Below are positions 53,600 to 64,000 of a DNA stretch of 64,000 nt, one piece after another. Positions within the stretch are counted from its first letter, which is position 1, and each line of letters begins with the position of its first letter. Source of the stretch: Felis catus (Eukaryota); the NCBI RefSeq assembly GCF_018350175.1, contig NC_058368.1:116994001-117058000 (forward strand). Reading direction: 5' to 3'. The notes beneath the pieces were generated by a model. That model was not told where the DNA came from. It saw only the letters and a list, made by a program, of their open reading frames with translations, and did not search any database. A program made the translations under genes and the position numbers.

Positions 53600-55040
53600 A
53601 GAGATAATTAAGAATTCATATGGTAAACAAACTCTGAATATAATCAAATTGGGAAATATTTGAAAAAGATTTTAATATGCAATGTGTAGAAGATACTCCA
53701 TACTAGAGAGAAATCTAATAAAAATAATCAGTGTGAGAAAGCCTTCAGCCAGATTCCAACTTTAAGTGTGCACAAAAAGAACTCATACTGAAGAGAAATG
53801 CTATGAATTCAGTGGATGTGAGAAAGCATTAACTAATCATTCATTGTTAAAACACACATGGGATCACACATTGGCACAAACTCTATCAGTTTAAGGAATA
53901 TAGAGAGCCTGTCAGCTATTCTTTGTAGTGTAGGGCTCATGATATGAAAATTCTTGGAAAAGAATATACAAAATGTAGGAAAACCATTATTCATTCTTCA
54001 TCCATTGTTGTACATGTAAAACTCATGGTGGAAATAAGCTTTATTTCACATAATGTGAAAAAGTCTTCCATTTTTTCATCTCTTAGAAGAATGCTTTCTC
54101 AATGAAGACAAATACCATGAATGTGAAAAATGTGGGAAAATACTCAGTTGTCCTTAAACCTTGAGGCACATGTGAGAACTCATATTGAAGATATGACTTT
54201 GACTATAGAAGATTATGAGTAAATCATTATTTCTTCCACATTCCTTACTGTACATGTAAGATTGACATTGAGGGGAATCCTTATGAATGTAAGGAATATA
54301 GGAAAACCTTCACTTACTCCTCAAAGCTTACTCAACAGGTGAGAAAACCAATCAAAAAGGAACTCTATACATGGAAGAAATGTGGGAAAGACTAGTTTTC
54401 CTTCTCCTTTTAATAACCACGAGCACTGGAGAGATGCCTTATAATTGTATATGATTTACTGTATATATGATATTACACATTGGAAGAGAAACACTGTGAA
54501 TATATGAAATGTAGTATCTACTGCTTTCGCATCTGTTCGGTAGTGAGAACTCATACTAGAGAGAAACCATGTTAATGTTGGGAATGTGGGAAAGTCTTAG
54601 CTTGTATCCAATTCCTTCAAAGCCTTGTGAAAATTCACATTGGAGAGAGAGCATATAAGTGTAAGAAATATGGAAAAGTATATTTCCTAACACTTCAGTA
54701 CATATTTGAGAACATATACACAGAAGAGAAACTATATAAATGTAAAGAATGTGGAAAAGCTTTGAAGTTTTTCTCATTGCTTAGTGAGCTAGTGAGAACT
54801 CATACTGTGATACAAGACTGTAAAAAATGTGGAAAATTCTTTAGTTTACCTTCATGTTTCAAAGGCATGTGAAAAGTCACATTGGAGAGAAATGCAATGA
54901 ATGTCGTCAATTTTGGAAAACCTTCCAATGACCCTCATCTTTTATTATGTGTAAGGAAATTCATACTGGGGGAGAAATCTTTAAAATGTTGTAAGTATGG
55001 AATTACTTTAACAGTGTCTCATCTTTGAAGTGACTCATAA
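53600..55040 (+). pseudogene. Decayed C2H2 zinc-finger array (KRAB-ZNF-type finger exon)
   Basis: Repeated ~84-bp units: QCEKAFSQ, RTHTEEKCYE, HIGERAYKCKKYGK, YTEEKLYKCKECGKA, with many stops, frameshifts and lost Cys/His ligands. Confidence 0.85.
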
Positions 55041-56229
55041 GCTCATAATTTCTCATATTTTTTAGCTCATAATTCCTACTTTTAATTTTCTAATATAAAC
55101 CTTTATGGTATGAAAATTGTTCCCAATACCCTTGTAGCTATGTCATACAACTTCTGATGTTATTGGCATTATGATTCACTAAAATGTATTATATCATTTC
55201 TATTGTGAAGTCTCTTTGAACTTAAGTATTTTCAGTATGCAAGTATATTTGAAATTATTGTTGTTATTGTTTCTAATTAATTACCACTATATGCAATGCA
55301 TGTGGTCATTGTGCTATTGACTTTGGTACTTGTTGGGACAAATAATTGATTCTTACTGTTGAGAGATCTACAGCATTTTTGTAGCTAATGTAGTACATAA
55401 CTAATTGTTTTGGTCAATGGGTAGTTGATATAAGTAAAAACTGCCAAGTTATCAAAAATGATGGTTTCATTAGACTTGGTAATTTCATCTTCTGTGTTTT
55501 GCTCTTCCAAGTTGGACACAACACTACTAGTTGGAGAGCCATTTCAACCATGAGAATGAAAACTAAGGATAATGATTGTGCTGGATTGTGTTATATGAGG
55601 CTTAGAACCACATTTTCCAGAATCCTATATGGTTTTAGGTTAAAAGTGGACAAGAGGAACATGCATGAGATTTGGAATGCAAAATGAAGAAGCTATTAAT
55701 CTCAAAAGGGTGTGGAAGTAGCAGATTGACAGATGCAGAACCATTCAGAAGTTTCAAACTTCAAGGTTGACTTCCTGACTATTGGCTTTGTTGAACATCA
55801 GCCCTGAGCCGATCATTAAGCACTTAACCTCAGTTCCTTCAGAGGTGGTAGATTCCACAAACATCTCCATGAGCTCATTCTTCATAGACCTACTTTGATG
55901 GATAGAAATGCACAGCTGTTTGAATTTCCATATGCACTCAAACCTGCTTACTCTTACTGCCCTTTCAGGATATCATGATTTGAAACTTTTCCAATATTCT
56001 GATTCCCTTTTCTCTACATTGTAAAAGGTGTATTTTCTGTAGTGAGCACATAGTTCAAAAATAAACATAAACAAATTAGTAACTTTGTTCCCCTTTTGTA
56101 TTAAGTGGTTACACTATGCCTGTACTGACTATTTCTGGACTCTTCCAGGAGAGAAATAAGCACCTTGATGATTTGTGGGTCATGTTGAATTTTACATATT
56201 TACATGAGAATTTTACATTACTCAAAACT

Positions 56230-57660
56230 AATAAAATCCTAAATGATAAACATAGTATGTGTTAAATTAATTGAGTTACATTAATCATCATATTAGCAAC
56301 ATAAAGGAGAAAATTTATGTGATCACCTCAATAAATGCAAAGAAAGTCTTTGAAAAATTTAAAGTGCCCTTTGTGAAATTTTCAACACTCTAGAGGATGG
56401 GAACATCTTCACTGTGGTAAAGAATATCTACAACAATCCTACAACTAACATCATACTTAATGGTGAAATAATGAGTACTTCCCCATTATATTAGAGACAA
56501 GGCCAGTAAGTTCTCACTGCTTCTGTTCAACATTATAATGGAGGATCTAGTCAATTTAAAAATACAGGAAAAATAGGGGCGCCTGGGTGGCTTAGTCGGT
56601 TAAGCATCCGACTTCCGCTCAGGTCATGATCTCGCAGTCCGTGAGTTCAAGCCCCGCGTCGGGCTGTGGGCTGATGCCTCAGAGTCTGGAGCCTGCTTCC
56701 GATTCTGTGTCTCCCTCTCTCTCTGCCCCTCCCCTGTTCATGCTCTGCCTCTCTCGGTCTTAAAAATAAATAAACATTAAAAAAATTTAAAAAAAAATAC
56801 AGGAAAAATAAATAAAAGACTGAAGTGCCTGGATGGTTCAGTCAGTTAAGCGTCTGACTCTTGATTTCAGCTCAGGTCATGATCTCCTGGTCGTGAGCTT
56901 AAGCCTGGAGCTTGCTCTGCGCTGACAGGATTCTCTTTCTCCCTTTCTCTATGCCCCCCCCCCATAAACATTTTTAAAAAATAAATAAAAGACACAGGTA
57001 CTTAAAATATTAGTGTTTATTTACAGATGGCATAATTGTTAAACTACAGGGACTAATGAGTAGTAGGCTGAGCAAGGGTGAGGATATAAGGTTGATTTCT
57101 ATACTATAGAAAATCAGTTATATTTCTTTTTAAAAAAATTTTTTTTAACGTTTATTTATTTTTGAGACAGAGACAGAGCATGAACGGGGGAGGGTCAGAG
57201 AGAGGGGGACACAGAATCTGAAACAGGCTCCAGGCTCTGAGCTGTCAGCACAGAGCCCGACGCGGGGCTCAAACTCACTGACCGCGAGATCATGACCTGA
57301 GCAGAAGCCGGACGCTTAACCGACTGAGCCACCCAGGCACCCCAGAAAATCGGTTACATTTCTATATAACTGCAACAAATGGAAAATAAAAGTTAAAAAC
57401 TACCATTTGCTATAACATTAGAAAATAAATAGTAATAGATTTAACCAAAGATGTGCAAAGTTTCGACACTGAAAATTATAAAATGTTGCAAACAAGAGTT
57501 GAGAAGATTTAAATAAATGGAGAAATATGCCATGTTCACTGGTTGGAGGACTCAGAATTGTTAAGATGTCCTTTACTACAAAGTTGACCTCTATAGAGAT
57601 GCAATCCCAGTCAAAATCGAACCAGACTGTTTGGTAGAAATTGGCAATTGGCAAGCAAAC
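56230..57660 (+). mobile_element. Old L1M ORF2 fragment with SINEs at 56576-56797 (+), 56820-56990 (+) and 57130-57343 (-)
   Basis: ctaacatcatacttaatggtgaaa and aaataaatggagaaatatgccatgttca ORF2 motifs; SINE TSDs aaaatacaggaaaaata and agaaaatc.gtta.attt. Confidence 0.82.
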
Positions 57661-58099
57661 ATACTATTTGTAAGACATTGTGTATAGACATATATATTGT
57701 AAGACATCTTGTATAGACATATATATTAGCAAAAGGATCAGTGAACAAACTAAAAATTGAACTTAATGTACTAGTAATTATTTGAAGAGAAAATGAACAT
57801 TTTTTTTGGTATCCTTATATACTCATGGATTTATGGACTTAATTTGTTCTAATAAAGTATACATCATTGGTTCTTTTTTACTAATTAATCACAACTTGGC
57901 CAGCAGGAAACTCCTTAAACTGGCCTCTCTGGGTTTTGACCCAACCCATTATTTTGAAAGCATCCTTCTTGCTTTCTGGTAATAGCAAGAGGTCACAAAA
58001 TTATTCTTTTTTTTATTGGTGATCCAGTATGTATTACACTATCCTTACAAAGAGCTCTGCTTCCTTTTCATTGAATAAAGGTGTTAGAGGACAAAATCT

Positions 58100-59387
58100 T
58101 GCAGGTCTGAAAAGTTGGAAGATTGAGTATAAGGATCTCTGGTTTAGAAGCATGTTGCTGGACATGTGAGAGTGAACATAAAGTGTGAAAACCTCTATGT
58201 GCTAAGTTAATGGCCACCAGAGGGCATCCCACCAAGAAGAGTCACTAAACATTGAAATAGACAAAATTATATATCAATTGAACTTTAAAAATTAAAAAAA
58301 AAATTGTAATGTTTATTTTTAGAGAGAGACAGAGCCTGAGTGGGGGAGGGGCAGAGACAGAGGGGGAGATAGAGAATCCAAAGCAGGCTCCAGGTTCTGA
58401 GCTGTCAGCACCGGGCCTGACGTGGCTCTTGAACCCACAAATCGGGAGATCATGACCTGAACCAAAATGAGACACTCAACTGACTGAGGCACCCAGGCAC
58501 CCCATATACCCTCTGAACTTTAGAAAGCTTTTTTTCATCAGCCAGAATACCACCGGCACGATGAGCACATGAACAAAGAGGACACATTGGCAACGATGCA
58601 AGTGTCTGTGCCTCACTTACCAAGGCTGATCTAGCTGCTTCCATACACAGCCAAATGTCTAACCTTCCAGCAATTGAGACCAACACTAAACCCTTTATAT
58701 GGCAGGAATGGCCTCAGTTACCATTGCTCCTAACGAACAATTTGGGGAATTTGTGCTTCCCATTTTTGAACTCTGAGCTCTGCATGGTTAGAAGCCCTTG
58801 TCCCTAAAGGGAAAATTTTCCACCAGGAAACAAAGCAAGATTCCCAATATAATGTAAGCTAAAGCAGTAGCCTCAATCTTTTGGATTCTATGTGACCAGG
58901 GTCCAGCAGACAAGAAGAGAAGTGACCAACTTGACTCTTATCAGGAAGAAATAGGACTGCTATTACACACTGGGGGGCAAGGAAAAATATGTTTGGCACC
59001 CCATGGACCCACTTAGATGCCTCCTGGTACACCTTTGGCCATTTACTTTGGTAATTGGACATATGCAACAATCCCAGATTGAGAAGGGTATGGTGACTAT
59101 GGCTCAGATCTCTCAGGGATGAACGTCTGGATTACACCACCAGGTAAGCTGGCGAGATCAGCAGGGATGCTAGTGGAGGGTTGGAAGAAACCTAAAGTGG
59201 ACAGTAGAGAAGTGAGGAAATGATTGTCAGTTTTAACCCTGAAACCAGGTTCAGTAGCAGGGGCTGTAGGTCATCCCATTAAACTTTCTCTTTAAGTTTC
59301 CCTCCAGGAAGAGGACCATCAGAACCATGAAAGAGCTGTCTTCCGAATATATGTACGAAGAGGATATGACTGGCACAGCAGGTGGAC
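58100..59387 (+). mobile_element. ERV-L class internal fragment (RNase H end, integrase N-terminus, dUTPase-like), interrupted by a SINE at 58290-58503
   Basis: Decayed peptides resembling VNAHQRA, AHEQxGH, LTKADLA...QQLRPTLNPLYG and LEALVPKG. Confidence 0.72.
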
Positions 59388-59670
59388 TGTAAATACATGG
59401 AGATGCACCACTAAGACTCCCCTTCAGAGAAGGACTTGTGTCTGGGAATGGCAGGAGCGCTATCAGTGGGCATCCTTCAGCTGTCACACCCATCCCAGGG
59501 TAAGCCACATCAAGCCACTGATCAAGGTGGAAATATGAAGACCTGGTTATTTCAGACTAACACAAAACAACTCTAATGGGCCATTTTAGCTCCAGAACTC
59601 CCTACTTCTCTGTCTGCTGAATCCTGCCTCCATCACCTCAATTCCACAGGTATAAATCCCAAAGAACTCT
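59388..59670 (+). mobile_element. ERV-L LTR (LTR16-like), 3'-truncated
   Basis: ggtggac|tgt junction; agactccccttcag, cagctgtca and gggccattttagctccaga motifs. Confidence 0.65.
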
Positions 59671-59689
59671 CAGCAGACACCTGGTAGAT

Positions 59690-62210
59690 ATTACCGGATT
59701 CATCAAACCATAAAATTGGTTTCCTGTGTATCAGCATTCCATCTTCAAGTGGAATAATACAAGATCATACATGACAAGTTCTAGAGAATGTAAATGTTTC
59801 GTATGTTTCATTAGTGGATAGTTCAGACTGGCAATGCACCTATTGCTCCTGCATTACCACCTCTCTTTCACCCTCCATCTATGGGCTCAGTGGGAGTGCC
59901 CTGTGATCAAATTACTGAAGATGGGAAATTTGAGCCTAACCTAGAAATATTTCCACACAGAAAACTGGCAGAAGCCAGAATAAGACCTCTAGAGAATTGC
60001 ATCCTGTAGGACTGGCCCAGAAAGGGAGTGAACTCCCCCTTATGGGAGAGAACTTCAACTGGTACAACGGATTGTTCACTTTTCCTGGAAAGAAAGATGG
60101 CTAGAGTTATAGAATTTTTAATAGTTTATTTTTATTTATTTTGAGAGAGAGATAGCAAATGTGTGAGGGGCACAGAGAGAGGGAGACAGAATCACAAGCA
60201 GGCTTCACACACTCAGTGCAGAGCCTGATGTGGGGCTCAAACTCACAAACTGTGAGATCATGACCTGTGCCAAAGTTAAGAGTTGGATGCCTAATGGAAT
60301 GAGCCACCCAGGTGCCCCTAGAGGTATAGATTTGCATTTGTATTAGTTTTCTAGGGCTGCCATACCAAAGTACTACAAACTGGATGGCTTAAATAATGGA
60401 CATTTTATCATCTTGTGGTTTTGGAAGCTGGAGGTCTGAAATTAAAATGTTAGCAAGGTTGGTTCCTTGTGAAGCCTCAGGGGGAAGAATCTGTTTTGGG
60501 TCCCTTTCCTGGACTTGTAGGTAGAATTCTTCTCCCTTTGTATCTTTTTTTTTTTAATATGAAATTTATTGACAAATTGGTTTCCATACAACACCCAGTG
60601 CTCATCCCAAAAGGTGCCCTCCTCAATACCCATCACCCACCCTCCCCTCCCTCCCACCCCCCATCAACCCTCAGTTTGTTCTCAGTTTTTAAGAGTCTCT
60701 TATGCTTTGGCTCTCTCCCACTCTAACCTGTTTTTTTTTTTTTCCTTCCCCTCCCCCATGGGTTCCTGTTAAGTTTCTCAGGGTCTACATAAGAGTGAAA
60801 CCATATGGTATCTGTCTTTCTCTGTATGACTTATTTCACTTAGCATCACACTCTCCAGTTCCATCCACGTTGCTACAAAAGGCCATATTTCATTTTTTCT
60901 CATTGCCACGTAGTACTCCATTGTGTATATAAACCACAATTTCTTTATCCATTCATCAGTTGATGGACATTTAGGCTCTTTCCATAATTTGGCTATTGTT
61001 GAGAGTGCTGCTATGAACATTGGGGTACAAGTGGCCCTATGCATCAGTACTCCTGTATCCCTTGGATAAATTCCTAGCAGTGCTATTGCTGGGTCATAGG
61101 GTAGGTCTATTTTTAATTTTCTGAGCAACCTCCACACTGCTTTCCAGAGCGGCTGCACCAATTTGCATTCCCACCAACAGTGCAAGAGGGTTCCCGTTTC
61201 TCCACATCCTCGCCAGCATCTATAGTCTCCTGATTTGTTCATTTTGGCCACTCTGACTGGCGNNNNNNNNNNNNNNNNNNNNNNNNNNNNNNNNNNNNNN
61301 NNNNNNNNNNNNNNNNNNNNNNNNNNNNNNNNNNNNNNNNNNNNNNNNNNNNNNNNNNNNNNNNNNNNNNNNNNNNNNNNNNNNNNNNNNNNNNTCTTCA
61401 CTGGGTTATTTGTTTTTCGGGTGTGGAGTTTGGTGAGCTCTTTATAGATTTTGGATACTAGCCCTTTGTCCGATATGTCATTTGCAAATATCTTTTCCCA
61501 TTCCGTTGGTTGCCTTTTCGTTTTGTTGGTTGTTTCCTTTGCTGTGCAGAAGCTTTTTATCTTCATAAGGTCCCAGTAATTCACTTTTGCTTTTAATTCC
61601 CTTGCCTTTGGGGATGTGTCGAGTAAGAGATTGCTACGGCTGAGGTCAGAGAGGTCTTTTCCTGCTTTCTCCTCTAAGGTTTTGATGGTTTCCTGTCTCA
61701 CATTTAGGTCCTTTATCCATTTTGAGTTTATTTTTGTGAATGGTGTGAGAAAGTGGTCTAGTTTCAACCTTCTGCATGTTGCTGCCCAGTTCTCCCAGCA
61801 CCATTTGTTAAAGAGGCTGTCTTTTTTCCATTGGATGCTTTTTCCTGCTTTGTCAAAGATGAGTTGGCCATACGTTTGTGGGTCTAGTTCTGGGGTTTCT
61901 ATTCTATTCCATTGGTCTATGTGTCTGTTTTTGTGCCAACCCTTTGTATCTTTACACAGTCTTCACTCCATTTGTGTCTGTGTCCAAAGTTCCCCTTTTT
62001 ATAAGGGCATCAGCCATATTGAATTGGAGTCCATCCTAATGACTGCATTTTAACTTTGTTGCCTTTGTATTTTGAGGTACCAGGGGTTAGAACGTCTCAG
62101 GAAAGACATAATTCAACTCATAACGTCATTTATTCATGAGCAGTGGCTGATGATTTGGCCTATACGTCATGGAGTAGAAAGATTAGAAGGTTGATAACAA
62201 GAAAGTCTGT
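59690..62210 (+). mobile_element. ERV-L pol (tether/RNase H) fragment hosting a nested SINE (60114-60317), MLT1 LTR (60339-62125, minus) and L1
   Basis: gggagtgccctgtgatcaa (GVPxDQ) and gttcacttttcctggaaagaaagatgg (VHFSWKERW); homology resumes at ~62130 (gcagtggctgatgatttggcc). Confidence 0.7.
60548..61939 (-). mobile_element. Young 5'-truncated L1 with perfect 14-bp TSD
   Basis: TSD ccctttgtatcttt at 60534-60547 and 61940-61953; 329-aa ORF2 C-terminus open in the unmasked sequence (60778-61767); poly-T tail. Confidence 0.96.
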
Positions 62211-62219
62211 ATATAATCT

Positions 62220-64000
62220 CTTGCTCTGAGCTTCTTTCAAGGTGTTCGTGTAATACTGTATTTCCTTCATTACATAACCCATTTATCCATTCCTTTAGTC
62301 ATAGATATTATTGTTTGTTCTCTGCATTTATTTTCAAAATTTTCTATGCTTGGAAAGGACATTAAATTTGGCCACTGTGCTGGTCTAGATTGCAGGCAGC
62401 AATACTAGTCTAGCAACACTTCCCTTTCAGTCCACTCCTATTCACATAGAATAAGGTTGCAGAGCTGCAGAATGAGGGGGCTATATATACCACCAGCAAT
62501 ATAGCTGCATTCACTGTTAACCCCAATTTTTCCAGACGGGGTGAAGGTACATCCTAGCTGAGCAGGCCCTTAGGAATTCTGACATAAAGGTTAAAAACAT
62601 AGTTACAGTTTCTTGCTTAGGAATTATCCCTGATTCCAGACCTTGTAGTTGCAGACCTGGTCCTATGACTACTGTATCAAGCAGGGAAAAAATAGTTGAG
62701 GTGATACGGGGACAAAAGTATGCCAGCACCTCCCCTACTCCCTCTTCCCCAGAGCCATCAGGAAAACAAGAGAAATCTACCCAGTAGGGACAGTCCTTTA
62801 GACACACCTGTGAAGGCATGTAAGCCAGATCTTCCTGCTTTTATCTGCCCCTATTTTAGACAACCAATTTTTTTCTTTGGTTTGAAGAAATGATGGTCAG
62901 TTTTTCTAAATTGGTGCAGTATTTTCTGTTCTGGTTCTTTCATGACACTCTGAGCATTTGCAACTACCACCAGGTAAGCCAAGGCTAGTCCATTGTCCAT
63001 ATCTATTCCTGTCAGCACCCATTTGTAGCCCCCTGGAGCTACCAGTATCAGCTTGACTTGCCAGTTATGTTCAAGGATTTCCCACCAGGGAATCTGCCAT
63101 ATAGCCACCTGTAGTCTCTGTGTCTTTTGTGGACAGTCAGAACAGTCTTTACTGGCATTTTCTGTCTCAGTGGGTGCAAGAGGAATATGTCTAGATTCAT
63201 CCCTTCTCTACATTGCCCTAATATCCACTTATTTCATGGACTCAGATGACCACCTTATCAAGGTATTAGTCTTTCAAACAGTATATTTGTCCATTCACCT
63301 TGGAACTGTCATCCATAAACCAAGCAACTTTTTGTTGGTTAGTCGAGTGCTCTTTATAGAGCACTGCCATGTGATAGTAGAATGCAGAAAGTCCTTATGA
63401 AATTCCAGAGTCAGTCCTAGGGGAAAAGAGGCTCCTGCTTGTAAATATCTCCTGTACTCCCCAGGCAGCATGCTCCTAAGTAAATCACTTTCATTTTATT
63501 ATAGAACTTGTCTGGGCATTGTGGTCTTCATTAGAGTGTTTTTCAATATCACTCTGGATGTTATGGGTATTTCAGGTTTCAAGAACCTCCTATGTCCTGC
63601 AGTAATCAGGATAGCTTTGGTTAACATCTGATAGCAAGATAGCAAATACCTGTCAAATGGAAATTCTCTTGTCCATAGTCACCATAGTCATTACTGGGGA
63701 AGCACTCACAGGCTTTTGTCTTAAGTCCCAGATGAGGTTCCTTCCACATAGGGCTATCGACAGAGAGAATTTGTCCCTACTAGTACTCTAGCTTCCATTC
63801 CACACTGTGTGGCTCAGGCAATCTTACTAGTTCTCATTTAGCATGTCCAATTAGCCTTACTTGAAGAGAGCTGATTTACATGTCTTCTGTTTTATAATAC
63901 TAAGTAGGAGAAATGTTCCCCAGTCAGATACAATGTCTGTAGCCCAAGTACAATCAGGTAAAAAAGACACAACCTCTTCATGTATAGCTTGTTCAAAGAT
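62220..64000 (-). mobile_element. ERV-L/MaLR-class internal fragment with integrase core remnant
   Basis: Minus-strand peptide WQV...YKWVLTGIDMDNGLALAYLVVVANAQS (62851-63108). Outer limits are approximate. Confidence 0.65.

Noticed and set aside
54627-54872. 81-aa zinc-finger-like ORF as a functional gene
   Set aside because: Non-ATG start, missing Cys/His ligands, and embedded in a stop-riddled array.
60778-61767. 329-aa ORF as a host gene or active L1
   Set aside because: It is the C-terminal part of L1 ORF2 in a 1.4-kb 5'-truncated copy lacking promoter, ORF1, EN and RT.

Overview
Mammalian genomic DNA from a carnivore, most likely a felid (young SINEC_Fc-type Can-SINEs and carnivore L1 3' ends). 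Positions 1-42.6 kb are the distal end of the clustered protocadherin-beta (PCDHB) locus. There are six tandem, single-exon, + strand genes: a 5'-truncated PCDHB9/10-like gene, a PCDHB12-like gene, PCDHB14, an apparently intact counterpart of human PCDHB18P, a PCDHB19P-position gene with a 2-bp frameshift in its cytoplasmic tail, and PCDHB15. Each of the five complete genes has the CGCT-core CSE/CTCF promoter element. All six share a near-identical 1017-bp GC/CpG-rich block (end of EC4 to the juxtamembrane region), consistent with gene conversion. In every copy the same 183 nt are hard-masked as N, so ORF integrity there cannot be seen. Positions 42.6-64 kb are repeat-dense: a MaLR LTR-int-LTR element, L1s, SINEs, a decayed C2H2 zinc-finger array and nested ERV-L fragments. 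The locus is a known system and I found no new gene family. The most notable observations are the patchwork conversion between non-adjacent paralogs, an apparent head/tail module swap relative to human, an L1 3' transduction carrying an LTR upstream of PCDHB14, and an ERV-derived CTCF-like motif oriented like the promoter CSEs. Paralog names and repeat families come from recalled sequences and gene order, not from a database search.
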